DNA of 64,000 nucleotides, from positions 320,001-384,000 of the forward strand of contig CAVTHO010000004.1 in assembly GCA_963734545.1 (NCBI GenBank). Reading direction: 5' to 3'. Source of the stretch: an uncultured Spirochaetota bacterium (GTDB taxonomy: Bacteria; Spirochaetota; Spirochaetia; SZUA-6; Fen-1364). Both the position numbers and the translations under genes were made by a program. Under the pieces are notes generated by a model that was not told the origin of the DNA, made no database searches, and worked only from the letters and a program-made list of their open reading frames with translations. Positions within the stretch are counted from its first letter, which is position 1. Each line of letters starts with the position of its first letter. Below, one piece after another: positions 23,238 to 33,605 of this stretch.

Positions 23238-24101
23238 ATGCCGAACTTCATCTGTACCCGGTGCGGCGTGCAGTTCCCGGAGACCGCCGCGCCGCCGTCG
23301 CAGTGCCCGATCTGTCAGGATGACAGGCAGTACCTGGGGCCGAACGGGCAGGAATGGACCACCCTGCCGGACCTCGCGCGAACCAGCCGCAACATCACGC
23401 GACCCATCGAGCCCGGCATCACCGGCATCTCCACGGAGCCCGTTTTCGCCATAGGCCAGCGGGCCATGCTGATAGAGACTCCGGCCGGGAACATCCTGTG
23501 GGACTGCATCACGTTCATCGACGATGAAACGGTGAAAGCAGTGAAATCCAGGGGCGGGCTTGCCGCCATCGCCCTTTCGCATCCCCACTACTATTCTTCG
23601 ATAGTCGAATGGAGCAGGCGGCTCGGCGGCGTGCCCGTCTACCTTCATGCGGATGACGCGGATTGGGTGATGCGGCGGGACCCGTGCATGGTGTTCTGGA
23701 GCGGAGAGCGGCGGGAGATCCTGCCGGGCGCCACTCTCATCCGGGTGGGCGGGCACTTTCCCGGTTCCTCCGTGCTCCATTGGCAGGCAGGCGCTTCCGG
23801 CAAAGGCTCGCTTCACACGGGTGACTCGGTGTACGTGGTGGCGGACAAGCGGTACGTCAGCTTCATGTACAGCTATCCGAATCTCGTCCCATTGCCGGCA
23901 TCGGCCATCCGGCGGATCGCGGAAGCCCTCGATCCATTTCAGTTCGATCGCATCTACGGCGCCTGGTGGGACGCGGTCGTTCCGGAGGGCGCGAAGATGG
24001 CCCTGGAGGTGTCCGCGCAGCGATACATCGACGCCATCAGCGAGCGGCCCCTTTCGATCTCGGCACGAGGGCTCGATGCATCGCTTCAAGGGCGAAAGTA
24101 A
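23238..24101 (+). CDS. MBL-fold metallo-hydrolase with N-terminal CxxC...CxxC
   Basis: CTRCG, CPICQDDRQY, SHPHYY, GGHFPG, GD, FDRIYGAWW. Confidence 0.85.
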   Translation: MPNFICTRCGVQFPETAAPPSQCPICQDDRQYLGPNGQEWTTLPDLARTSRNITRPIEPGITGISTEPVFAIGQRAMLIETPAGNILWDCITFIDDETVKAVKSRGGLAAIALSHPHYYSSIVEWSRRLGGVPVYLHADDADWVMRRDPCMVFWSGERREILPGATLIRVGGHFPGSSVLHWQAGASGKGSLHTGDSVYVVADKRYVSFMYSYPNLVPLPASAIRRIAEALDPFQFDRIYGAWWDAVVPEGAKMALEVSAQRYIDAISERPLSISARGLDASLQGRK

Positions 24102-24612
24102 AGCTCTGCTCCACGGGGACGTCCATCGCGTAGCCCCTCCGTGATTCCAGCAGGGCGAAGCCGATCCAGAGGGATCGAAGCATGCGCGCCGCGTGAACTG
24201 CGCGGGCGCCGGCAAGCCCGTAGCTTTGCAGCAGCTCCATCACCCGCTGCAGCAGCCTCTCTGAAGCTTCGCGCAGCCGGCCAGCCGCGCCTTCCGCGTT
24301 TTCCACGAGAAGGTCGATGCGCCGGGGATGCCTCAGCACGTACTCGCGAAGCGCCCGCATCATTGCGAACAAGCCTTCGCGGCCCTTGCGGGCAGTGACT
24401 CCCTCAGCCGCGTCCGCGATTTCACTGAAGACCATGGCCCTCAGAGTATCGCGCAGACCTTCCATGCTGCGCGTGTGGTTATAGAGGCTGGGCCTCTGGA
24501 CCCCCAGCCGGGCTGCCAGGGAGGCGATGGAAAGCGCGCCCATGCCGGCCTCATCCACGAGGCGCAGAGCTTCCCGCGCCACCCTGTCGGCGTCCAGCCC
24601 GGCGCGAGGCAC
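24037..24612 (-). CDS. TetR/AcrR family regulator (WHG-like C-terminus)
   Basis: HTH LAARLGVQRPSLYNH and RSLWIGFALLE. GTG start overlaps the upstream TAG. Confidence 0.8.
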   Translation of the reverse strand: MPRAGLDADRVAREALRLVDEAGMGALSIASLAARLGVQRPSLYNHTRSMEGLRDTLRAMVFSEIADAAEGVTARKGREGLFAMMRALREYVLRHPRRIDLLVENAEGAAGRLREASERLLQRVMELLQSYGLAGARAVHAARMLRSLWIGFALLESRRGYAMDVPVEQSFTFALEAMHRALVPRSKGAAR

Positions 24613-25498
24613 TACCGGGCTCCCAGGAAGGGCAGGATCAGGCCGGCAGCCTGCTCGGGCAGCTCCACGTGGGGTAGTGACCGGCGGCCAGCATCTCGAC
24701 CCGCGCGCCGGTCCTTGTTCCGAGCATTGCCGCCTCCGCGGCAGGATCCGGGAAGTCCTTGTCCCTTGTTCCCATGATCAGAAGGATCGGCAGGTCTGCC
24801 TTGCCCAGGATCGCCTCGATCGGCGCCTTGGACGCAAAGGCCATTTTCTTCAGTGCCGCAAGCCTCCCGGGTTCTGCAAGGTTGGCCCGAAGCGCGGCAG
24901 CGGACAGGCGGCAAAGTCCTCGGGCTTTTTCACGGGGAACAGCCCATCCCAGTACGCAATCCAGAAGCCGGGGCCCCAGAAGCCGGCAAGCCCCACCTTT
25001 ACGATCAGGCTCACAAATGGGTTTGGCTTGCCGTCATGCATCGCCGGGCCGAGAAGCGTCAGGCTCAGCACGCGTTCGGGGGAATGAACGGCTGCCCAGT
25101 AGACGCTCCCCGCGGCAAACGAGTTGCCGATGAGATGCGCCTGTTCGATTCCGAGAGCGCTCATCAAGGCAAGAATGTCACCGCCGACTGCCGGGGCGTC
25201 CCACTCCTTCCAGTCTACCGAAGACTCACCGTGCCCTCGGACGTCCATCGTGATGACGCGGTATCCCGCGGCCGCCAGCCGCGGCCGCAGGAGGCGGTAC
25301 GTCGACCTGAGGTCCCCCATGCCGGGAATGCAGATGACGGCAGGTCCGCCGCCCCCGCTGTCGTCATACGCCAGGGTGCCCTCGGCGGTCTTCAGGAATC
25401 GGGTTTTCTCCGTGCTGGCGCGAAGCCGCAATTGAAGCGCCGTGCGCAGCCACTGCGGCAGCCGCGGCGGAACCAGCCATGAATGAAAGAAGCCTCAT
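24612..25498 (-). CDS. Alpha/beta hydrolase with signal-like N-terminus (several frameshifts)
   Basis: SD AGGAGG before ATG 25498 (MRLLSFMAGSAAAAAVAA). PGMGD, DVRGHGES, GNSFAA, MGTRDKDF and AGHYP occur across frames. Confidence 0.75.
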
Positions 25499-25527
25499 CT
25501 CAGGTCCTCCTGTCAGTTTCTGTCCCA

Positions 25528-25556
25528 ATATTACTACGGGTAGTAGTTTTTGTCAA
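25528..25556 (-). promoter_or_regulatory. sigma70 promoter with a palindromic operator in the spacer
   Basis: TTGACA-17 nt-TAATAT on the minus strand. Palindrome TACTAC-GG-GTAGTA at 25532-25545. Confidence 0.7.
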
Positions 25557-25788
25557 GAAAAATCGTGTGACGCACCGCGACCGGCCAGTACTTCGAGATC
25601 GAGGCCGGCGCCCCCCACGCGAGGCTTCCTGGGCAAATGCCCGGCGCCGAGCTGTCGCACCGGCTCGTGTCGTATTCGTACCAAAACAAAACGCTCTGAT
25701 CCTATACGGCAGGGCTCCGCCTCTTCTACCCTGAGTTGCCGCAGTCGCAAGGCGTTCGTGATCCGTGGTCGCTCGGGAGGAGCCGCAC

Positions 25789-26916
25789 ATGCCGCAGAAG
25801 GACAAGAGATTCAACGTCGCCATCGTGGGCCTGAGCTTCGGGGCGGAGTTCATCCCGATCTACCAGAGCTATCCCTACACGAACCTCGACGCGATCTGCC
25901 AGCGCAACCGGGAGAAGCTCGACGCGGTCGGCGGCACGTGGGGCGTGGAAAAGCGCTACACCGACTACGCCGAGCTGCTCAAGGACCGGGACATCGAGGT
26001 CGTCCATATCAATACCCCTCCGCCGCTCCATGCGGACATGTGCGTGGCCGGTCTCGAGGCGGGCAAGCACGTGGCGTCCACGATTCCCATGGCGCTCACG
26101 GTCGCGGACTGCAAGCGCATCGTGGACGCGCAGAAGGCGAGCGGGAAGCAGTACATGATGATGGAGACAACCGTGTATTCGCGGGAGTTCCTCTTCATCC
26201 GCCAGATGTACCGCGCGGGAGAGCTGGGCAAGCTGCAGTTCTTCCGCTCCTCTCACCAGCAGGAAATGGCGGGTTGGCCCGAGTACTGGGAAGGGTTCCC
26301 GCCCATGTGGAACGCCACGCACGCAATCGCCCCCACCCTCGCCCTCGGAGGAAACGAGGCGGAATCGGTGTCCTGCTTCGGGCTCGGGCACCATCGATGA
26401 ACGCATGCACGCGCGGTACGGCTCGCCGTTCGCCATCGAGACGGTGCACATCAAGTTCCAGCAACTCGGACCTCGCGGCGGAGGTGACCCGGTCCCTGTT
26501 CAACACGGCCCGCCAGTACCGGGAGAGCTTCGACGTGTACGGCTCGAAGAAGAGCTTCGAATGGACGCAGATCGAAGGGGAGAACCACATCATCCATACC
26601 GGGGAAAAACCCGCCCGGGTAGAGGTTCCCGATTTCGCCCACCTTCTGCCCATACGAGATCCAGAGCTTCACAAGGGCGGGGGTCTACAACAGCAAGGAC
26701 AAGACGCACCTCTCCTTCACGCAGGGGGGAGGCCACGGCGGGTCGCATCCCCACCTCGTGCACGAGCTCATCTCCGCGCTGCGGGAGGGACGCGAGCCGT
26801 TCCCCAACGCGCGGCAGGCGGCGAACATCACCTGCAGCGGGATCCTCGCTCACGAGTCGGCAATGAAGGGGGGCGCGGCAATTCGCCTGCCCGAGTGGAC
26901 CTTGTGCGAACGGTGA
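25789..26916 (+). CDS. Gfo/Idh/MocA family oxidoreductase (frameshifts near 26385, 26460, 26652)
   Basis: VAIVGLSFGAEFIPIY, AGKHV, ARQYRESFDVYG, GGGHGGSHPHL. SD GGAGGAG. Confidence 0.85.
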
Positions 26917-26968
26917 AAAAAACGCACGTGTGCGTTGAAAAATCTTTCTCGAAAGGAAAGGAGACCAA

Positions 26969-28300
26969 ATGAGGACATCAAAGTCGAGACTGGCCATCGT
27001 GATCCTCGGATTGGTCCTCGCGTCCGTCACGGCATTCGGCGCGCCGCAGTCCATCACGGCGTACTGGTTCGAATGGGCCCCCGCGACGATGCTCGAGGAG
27101 CTGTCCAAGGATTTCACGAAAGAGACGGGAATCGGGTTCAAGATCTCGGTCACGGCGGTGGAAAACTGGGTCCAGAAGATCAACGTGGAAATGGCGGCGC
27201 ACAGCGACGCGTATGACATCGTGATCGCGGACAGCCAGGACGTGGGCGGCATGGTCACCAGCGGTCACTTCGTCGACCTGACCAGCTGGGTCAAGAAGAA
27301 CAAAGTCGACAAGAACTTCACCGCTGCCTCCATGACGGCGTACGCCGAATACCCGAAGGGATCCGGCAAGTACTGGGGCGTCCCGACCGAAGGCGACGCG
27401 GTCGGCTGGGCCTACCGCAAGGACCTCTTCGAGGACGCGAAGAACAAGGCCGCATTCAAGGCGAAGTACGGCTATGACCTCGGGATTCCCCGGGACCAGC
27501 AGGCCCTGCTCGACATTGCCGAGTTCTTCCACAACCCGGACAAGAACTTCTACGGCATTGCCATCTACGGCGACAACGGCTACGACTCGCTCGCCATGTT
27601 CGCCGAGGGGGCCATCTGGTCCTTTGGCGGAGCCCTGGGCGACTACTCGAACTACAAGGTGGACGGGATCCTGAACAGCCAGGCGTCGGTGGACGGCATC
27701 GAGTTCTACAAGAAACTGTGGAAGTTCGTGCCGCCTGGCCATGGTGACGCGTTCTTTGTGAAGAACAATGACGCATTCACGGCAGGCATCGTCCCGATGA
27801 CGTGCAACTTCTTCGCGTTCTTCCCCGCGCTGTCCAATCCCGCCACCAACCCGTTCGCGAAGGTCACCGGCTACTTCGCCAATCCTCCGCAGAAGGGTCG
27901 GGATGGAAAAGTCAGGCAGAGCGCCATCCTCGGCGGCATGGCATCTTCCATCGTGACCTACTCGAAGAAGCAGGCTGCGGCCTTCAAGTGGCTGGAATGG
28001 TTCATCCGGCCCGATGTGCAGATGAAGTGGGCGAAGATGGGCGGCTACTCCTGCTACAGCCAGACCATCGCCTCCAACGCCTTCCTGACCGCGACTCCGT
28101 ACAACAAGGCGTTCAAGGAGTCCATGAACATCATGAGGGACTGGTGGGCGGTGCCCGAGTACGCAGACCTCCTGGAGACCTTCAGCAAGACAGTCGGCAA
28201 CTATATCATCCGTGACGAGGGGACTGCAAAGGAAGCCCTGGACAAAGTGACGGAGAAGTGGACCGATATCTTCACCGAGGCAGGCTACTACAGCAAGTAG
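26969..28300 (+). CDS. Sugar/polyol ABC transporter substrate-binding protein (CUT1)
   Basis: Signal peptide, YDIVIADSQ, YRKDLFED. First transporter gene of the operon. Confidence 0.9.
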   Translation: MRTSKSRLAIVILGLVLASVTAFGAPQSITAYWFEWAPATMLEELSKDFTKETGIGFKISVTAVENWVQKINVEMAAHSDAYDIVIADSQDVGGMVTSGHFVDLTSWVKKNKVDKNFTAASMTAYAEYPKGSGKYWGVPTEGDAVGWAYRKDLFEDAKNKAAFKAKYGYDLGIPRDQQALLDIAEFFHNPDKNFYGIAIYGDNGYDSLAMFAEGAIWSFGGALGDYSNYKVDGILNSQASVDGIEFYKKLWKFVPPGHGDAFFVKNNDAFTAGIVPMTCNFFAFFPALSNPATNPFAKVTGYFANPPQKGRDGKVRQSAILGGMASSIVTYSKKQAAAFKWLEWFIRPDVQMKWAKMGGYSCYSQTIASNAFLTATPYNKAFKESMNIMRDWWAVPEYADLLETFSKTVGNYIIRDEGTAKEALDKVTEKWTDIFTEAGYYSK

Positions 28301-28333
28301 AACCGCGCGCCTTACACGCAGTACAATATTCGC

Positions 28334-28365
28334 GGATATCCCCCGGCCCGCTTCGGGGGATATCC
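28334..28365 (+). promoter_or_regulatory. Stem-loop after the SBP gene (mRNA stabiliser or partial terminator)
   Basis: 12-bp perfect inverted repeat GGATATCCCCCG / CGGGGGATATCC with 8-nt loop. Confidence 0.6.
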
Positions 28366-28389
28366 ATCTCAGAGGCAGGGAAGGACGTC

Positions 28390-29319
28390 ATGGCGACAGG
28401 GAGAAATGGAATGAGAGAACCAGCATCACGACCGGAAGGCCGCACCCTGCGCCCGCTCCAGGACGTGACATTGATGCGGCTGTTCATCCTTCCGCCGCTC
28501 ATCCTCCTCGCCCTGTTCAACGTATTCCCGCTGCTCTGGTCGCTTTTCCTGAGCTTCTCCAACTTCATCGCAAAAAACCCGATGGTCTGGGGCAAGAACC
28601 CCCTCATGATCGGGCTGAAGAATTACCAGCAGATCCTCGCCGATCCCGAGATGTGGGAGAGATTCATGACCACGGGCAAGTACGTGGTCTTTTCCGTCAG
28701 CGTCGAGCTGGTGTTCGGGTTCGCCCTCGCGCTCATGCTCTGGAAGCGGGGAAGAGGCGCGGGAATCATCCAGGTCATTCTCGTGCTTCCCATGACCATG
28801 TCCCCCGTGATCGTCGGCCTGATGTGGAAGCTGTTCATGGACCCCAACTGGGGCATGCTGAACTTTCTCCTCGGCCTGAAAAAGGTGGACTGGATCCAGA
28901 ACCCCGATCTCAATTTCTATTCGATCATAATCGTGGACGTCTGGATGTGGACCCCGTTCGTCATGCTGCTCTGCTATGCGGGGCTGACCGCGATCCCGGA
29001 TTACCTGTACGAGGCGGCGGAAGTGGACAGGGCATCGTGGTGGTTCACATTCCGCCATGTGACCCTTCCCCTGGTCTTCCCCCTCCTCCTCGTGGCCGTG
29101 ATCTTTCGCGTCATCGAGGCGTTCAAGATATTCGACCTGCCGATGGGCATCACGGGGAAGGGTTCCGCTGCTCCGCCCCTTCTCACCTACAAGCTGTACA
29201 ACATCAGCTTCCTGTCGTGGCGCACGGGGCTGGGCGGCGCGCTGGGCTACATCATGCTCGTCATCATCATCATGATCACGAATATCTTCGTGAAATACCT
29301 GAACAAGGCAAAGCAATGA
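28390..29319 (+). CDS. Carbohydrate ABC transporter permease
   Basis: Hydrophobic segments, DVWMWTPF, EAA loop YEAAEVDRAS. Confidence 0.9.
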   Translation: MATGRNGMREPASRPEGRTLRPLQDVTLMRLFILPPLILLALFNVFPLLWSLFLSFSNFIAKNPMVWGKNPLMIGLKNYQQILADPEMWERFMTTGKYVVFSVSVELVFGFALALMLWKRGRGAGIIQVILVLPMTMSPVIVGLMWKLFMDPNWGMLNFLLGLKKVDWIQNPDLNFYSIIIVDVWMWTPFVMLLCYAGLTAIPDYLYEAAEVDRASWWFTFRHVTLPLVFPLLLVAVIFRVIEAFKIFDLPMGITGKGSAAPPLLTYKLYNISFLSWRTGLGGALGYIMLVIIIMITNIFVKYLNKAKQ

Positions 29320-30272
29320 GCGGCAAGAGAATGCTCGAAGACAGAAGCGGCCAGCGCCGCAAGGCCAGCCGGACCGTTCTGCTGGTTCTTTTGATCGTCA
29401 TCACGACCCTGTACATGATCCCGCTCCTGTACATCGCCAACACGGCCTTTCGGCCCTGGAAAGACATCAAGGAGTACCCGCCGCGCCTGATATTCGAGCC
29501 CTCGCTGGGGAGCTTTGTCCGCATCTTCACCCAGCGGAACGTCTTCCCTGATGCGACCGCCGAGGACATCGCGAAGATGAACATCTTCCAGCGGCTGGTG
29601 TATCAGGATACGAACGAGAAGATCATCCGGCTCGGGGACCTGCCCTTCCGCTACCTCAACAGCATCATCATCTGCCTGATGAGCACCTTCATCACGATCA
29701 CGCTGGCAACCTTCTCCTCGTACGGATTCTCCCGGCACCGCATGAAGGGAAAGGACGACCTGCTGTTCTTCATCCTCAGCACGCGCATGCTGCCGCCGGT
29801 CGTCGTGGTGACGCCCATTTTCCTCATGTTCCGCTTCCTCCATCTCACCGACACGCGGCTCGGTCTCGTGCTCCTGAACACCTGCTTCAATCTCTCCTTC
29901 GCCATCTGGGTGCTGAAGGGGTTCATCGACGAGATACCCCACGAGTACGAGCAGGCGGCGATGACGGACGGGTACACGCGGTTCGAGGTATTCTGGAAGA
30001 TCGTGCTCCCGCAGGCGCGCACCGGGATCGCCGCCACGGCGGTCTTCGTCTTCATATTCGTGTGGAACGAATACGCATTCGCCTTCCTTCTCTCCCGGGA
30101 GAGAGCCCAGACGGTTCCCGCCTGGCTCCCCTACCAGCTCGGCATCCTGGGGTACGACTGGGGGGCATCGGCAGCGGGAAGCCTCCTGTTCCTGATCCCG
30201 CCCATGATATTCACCATCTTCCTCCGGAAGAACCTCGTGCGGGGAATCACCTTCGGGGCGATACGGAAATAG
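29316..30272 (+). CDS. Carbohydrate ABC transporter permease
   Basis: ATGA overlap with the previous gene. EQAAMTDG, WNEY, LVRGITFGA. Confidence 0.9.
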   Translation: MSGKRMLEDRSGQRRKASRTVLLVLLIVITTLYMIPLLYIANTAFRPWKDIKEYPPRLIFEPSLGSFVRIFTQRNVFPDATAEDIAKMNIFQRLVYQDTNEKIIRLGDLPFRYLNSIIICLMSTFITITLATFSSYGFSRHRMKGKDDLLFFILSTRMLPPVVVVTPIFLMFRFLHLTDTRLGLVLLNTCFNLSFAIWVLKGFIDEIPHEYEQAAMTDGYTRFEVFWKIVLPQARTGIAATAVFVFIFVWNEYAFAFLLSRERAQTVPAWLPYQLGILGYDWGASAAGSLLFLIPPMIFTIFLRKNLVRGITFGAIRK

Positions 30273-30281
30273 GAGCGGGAG

Positions 30282-30506
30282 ATGTTGTTCTTCTTCCTGA
30301 TGGCGGCAGCCCTGGGCGTCCTGGTCCTGATCCTCATCCTGACCGGGAACTTCGGCAGGAGGATCCTCGAGCCGGTCTGCCTGGGCCTGGCTCTCGTGGG
30401 GATCCTGTGTCTCTTCCAGCCCTTCTCCCTCGCCGTGTTCGGGAAGGGGTTCGCTGTTCTCCTGCTCGGATTCATCGGCTACAACGTCGCCTCGCACCTG
30501 AAATGA
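30282..30506 (+). CDS. Small hydrophobic membrane protein within the ABC operon
   Basis: 74 aa, about three TM-like segments, SD AGGAG, fills the gap between permease and ATPase. Confidence 0.7.
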   Translation: MLFFFLMAAALGVLVLILILTGNFGRRILEPVCLGLALVGILCLFQPFSLAVFGKGFAVLLLGFIGYNVASHLK

Positions 30507-30516
30507 AGGATTGGGA

Positions 30517-31638
30517 ATGGCACACGTCGTTCTGCGAAACGTCGAGAAGAAATACGGGACATTCACCGCGGTCAAGAACCTGACCCTCGAGATACGGGAC
30601 GGGGAGTTCCTCGTGCTTCTGGGCCCCTCCGGCTGCGGGAAGACCACGACCCTCCGCTGCATCTCGGGACTGGAGATTCCCACGTCAGGACAAATCCTTT
30701 TCGACGATGAGGATGTCACGCGCAGGCGGGCTTCCCAGCGGGACATCGCCTTCGTGTTCCAGCTCTACGCGCTGTACCCTCACAAATCGGTGTACCAGAA
30801 CCTCGCATTCCCCCTCCGCGCCCAGGGGTACCGCGCGCGCGCCATCCGCCAGGAGATCGATCGGGTGACAAAGCTCCTCGACATCGGGCACCTCCTCGCG
30901 TTGAAGCCGCGGGCGCTTTCCGGCGGGGACATGCAGAGGGTGGCACTGGGCCGCGCGCTGGTGCGGCGGCCCAAGGTCTTCCTCCTGGACGAGCCGATCG
31001 GCACCCTCGACGCCTCCTTCCGCGAAGAGATGAGGAGCGAGCTGAAAAAGCTCCACGTCGATGTGGGCGCGACGACCGTGTACGTGACGCACGACCAGAT
31101 CGAGGCCATGTCCATGGGGGACCGCATTGCCGTCATGAACGACGGGGAGCTGCAGCAGATCGGCACTCCCCACGAGGTGTACTCCAACCCGCGGAACCTC
31201 TTTGTCGCAAAGTTCATCGGCAGCCCGGGGATGAACTTTCTCACCTGCACGGTGGTGAAGCAGGACCGGGGTTTCCTGCAGCTGCGGGTCACAACGGACG
31301 GCAGCACCATTACCGTGCCTGCGGGGGATGCCGTCGAGACGGGAAAGGAACTTGTGCTCGGGGTGCGGCCGGAGGACATCGTCCTCAGCACGGAGAGGGC
31401 GGAAAACTCCCTGCGCACGAGCGTGTTCGTGGTCGAAAAGATGGGCTCGAAGAACATCGTCGATCTGAAATACGGAGACGAGATCCTGAGGGCGAAAATC
31501 GGCCCCGCTGCCCTTCTTTCGCTGAACCAGGCAGTGTATGCGACGTTCGACATGCCGAGGATCCGGCTGTTCGACAGGACAAGCACACTGTCCCTCGCGC
31601 CCCGGCCGGCAGGCGCGCAGGCCGGCGGGGAGAGGTGA
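30517..31638 (+). CDS. Sugar ABC transporter ATP-binding protein (MalK-like)
   Basis: GPSGCGKT, LSGGD, LLDEP, VTHDQ. Confidence 0.92.
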   Translation: MAHVVLRNVEKKYGTFTAVKNLTLEIRDGEFLVLLGPSGCGKTTTLRCISGLEIPTSGQILFDDEDVTRRRASQRDIAFVFQLYALYPHKSVYQNLAFPLRAQGYRARAIRQEIDRVTKLLDIGHLLALKPRALSGGDMQRVALGRALVRRPKVFLLDEPIGTLDASFREEMRSELKKLHVDVGATTVYVTHDQIEAMSMGDRIAVMNDGELQQIGTPHEVYSNPRNLFVAKFIGSPGMNFLTCTVVKQDRGFLQLRVTTDGSTITVPAGDAVETGKELVLGVRPEDIVLSTERAENSLRTSVFVVEKMGSKNIVDLKYGDEILRAKIGPAALLSLNQAVYATFDMPRIRLFDRTSTLSLAPRPAGAQAGGER

Positions 31639-31639
31639 G

Positions 31640-32728
31640 ATGGCAGACGTCAGGCTGATGTCGATCCGCAAGAGCTTCGGCAAGCTCGAAGCGCTGAAGG
31701 GGCTCGACCTGGAGATCCGGGACAAGGAGTTCTTCGTCCTGCTGGGACCGACGGGAGCCGGCAAGACCACGACGCTGAAAATAATCGCCGGACTGGAAAA
31801 GGCCGACAAGGGCGAGGTTTCACTGGACGGATCGAACGTCGACAGGCTCATCCCCGCAATGAGGGACGTCGCGTTCGTCTTTCAATACTACACTCTCTAC
31901 CCCCATTACACGGTGAGGCAGAATCTCGAGTTCCCCCTCAAGTCGCGGCTGCGGAAGGTGCCTCAGGAGGAGATCGACCGCAGGGTGGCGGAGGTGGCGA
32001 AAGTGCTCCGGATCGAGCACCTCCTGGACAGGGGCACGACAAAGCTCAGCGGCGGCGAGATGCAGCGGGTCGGCATCGGCCGGGCCATCGTGCGGACTCC
32101 CAAGGTGTTCCTCATGGACGAGCCGCTCTCGAACCTCGATGCGAAGCTGCGGGAGACCATGCGGGCCGAGCTGGCCCGGCTGCACCACGACCTCGGGGCC
32201 ACGTTCCTCTACGTGACGCACGACCAGGTGGAAGCCATGACCATGGGAGACCGGATCGGCGTGCTCGACCAGGGGGAGCTCCTGCAGGTGGCCACACCGG
32301 ACGAGATCTACAAGTCGCCGAACTGCCTTTTTGTCGCCCGGTTCGTCGGAAGCCCGGTGATGAACATCTTCAAGGCCGGTCTCCAGAACGGAGGGCTGGA
32401 CATCGAGAAGGGAACGATCCGTTGTTCCCTCGGAGCCTCGGCGCGTGCCGCGCTTGGCGCATCCCCCCGGAAGGATCTCCTGCTGGGCATACGTCCCGAG
32501 GACGTGCACGTTTCACGGGAGAAGGGCGCGGGGGAGTGCTTCGAGACACGCATCTACTTCATGCAGAGCCTGGGCGAGGAGGACATCCTCAATCTCCGCA
32601 TCGGAGACGTGATACTCCGCGCAATCGCCAAACCGAACATGGAGCTCAAGGTCGGAGAGACAGTCTGGGCACGGCTGGACATGGAACGCGCGCACTTGTT
32701 CGATGCGGAGACGGAACGGCGGCTGTAG
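31640..32728 (+). CDS. Sugar ABC transporter ATP-binding protein (second MalK-like subunit)
   Basis: GPTGAGKT, LSGGE, LMDEP, VTHDQ. Confidence 0.92.
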   Translation: MADVRLMSIRKSFGKLEALKGLDLEIRDKEFFVLLGPTGAGKTTTLKIIAGLEKADKGEVSLDGSNVDRLIPAMRDVAFVFQYYTLYPHYTVRQNLEFPLKSRLRKVPQEEIDRRVAEVAKVLRIEHLLDRGTTKLSGGEMQRVGIGRAIVRTPKVFLMDEPLSNLDAKLRETMRAELARLHHDLGATFLYVTHDQVEAMTMGDRIGVLDQGELLQVATPDEIYKSPNCLFVARFVGSPVMNIFKAGLQNGGLDIEKGTIRCSLGASARAALGASPRKDLLLGIRPEDVHVSREKGAGECFETRIYFMQSLGEEDILNLRIGDVILRAIAKPNMELKVGETVWARLDMERAHLFDAETERRL

Positions 32729-32763
32729 GGGCGTCCCGCGCACACGCGCCCGGCGCGCGGGGC

Positions 32764-33516
32764 TCATCCGTACAGTTTTCTGTAGGTCTGCGGCGTGATG
32801 CCCATCTGCCGGTGAAAGGCACGGGTGAGCGCGCTCTGATCGTAGAACCCGCAGGCAAGGGCGATGTCGGAAATCGAGGTGCTGCGCAGCCGCAGCTCCT
32901 CACAGGCCTGGAAGACGCGCACCTTGGTAATGTACAGCCGCGGCGTGGTCTGCAGGCGCTCCTTGAACCATCGCTCGAAATGCCGGACAGAGAAACCGGC
33001 AATCCTTGCAAGCTCCGGCACGGCGATGGTCTCCGCGTAGTGCTCCTTCACGTATCGTAGTACCCGCGCGAGCTCGCGGTCGGACATGGCGAGCATCCGG
33101 GGCGAATCGATCTTCTGGATGATTCCCATGACGCCCAGAACATCGCCCTCGCGGGCGAAGATCGGCATCTTGTTCGTGATGTACCAGTCGGGCACCCCGA
33201 CATGGTTGATGAACAGCTCCACGATCCGCAGCATCGGCTTTCCCGAGCGTGCAACGGAGAGATCATCCGCACGGTACTTGGCAGCCATGCTGTGGGGATG
33301 GAGATCGAAATCGGTCTTGCCGAGTATCTGCTCCTCGCGGGTGAAGCCGAACCGTTTCAGGAGCTCCCGATTGCACGCCACGATATTGCCGTCGAGATCC
33401 TTTGCGAAGAAGCAGACATCCGGCAGGTATTCGAAAAGGAGATGGTAGAGGCTATCCGGTCGGATCCGCTCGATGAAGGCGAGCTTCATCGCGCCGGCCG
33501 ATTCTGAATGCCGCAT
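32764..33516 (-). CDS. AraC family regulator with N-terminal PAS-like domain
   Basis: FFAKDLDG...ILGKTDFD PAS-like region. C-terminal IALACGFYDQSALTRAF. Confidence 0.88.
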   Translation of the reverse strand: MRHSESAGAMKLAFIERIRPDSLYHLLFEYLPDVCFFAKDLDGNIVACNRELLKRFGFTREEQILGKTDFDLHPHSMAAKYRADDLSVARSGKPMLRIVELFINHVGVPDWYITNKMPIFAREGDVLGVMGIIQKIDSPRMLAMSDRELARVLRYVKEHYAETIAVPELARIAGFSVRHFERWFKERLQTTPRLYITKVRVFQACEELRLRSTSISDIALACGFYDQSALTRAFHRQMGITPQTYRKLYG

Positions 33517-33605
33517 CCGGACCTAGTCTACTCCAACCTTCTCACGGCGTCAATTTAGAAGAGACCGGGGGCGCCTGACGCGGCGGCCCCCGGCGCGCAG
33601 AGCAA

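Noticed and set aside
24037-24101. 65-bp convergent overlap of the MBL hydrolase and TetR genes
   Set aside because: It involves only non-conserved tails and could be stop-codon drift or an indel.
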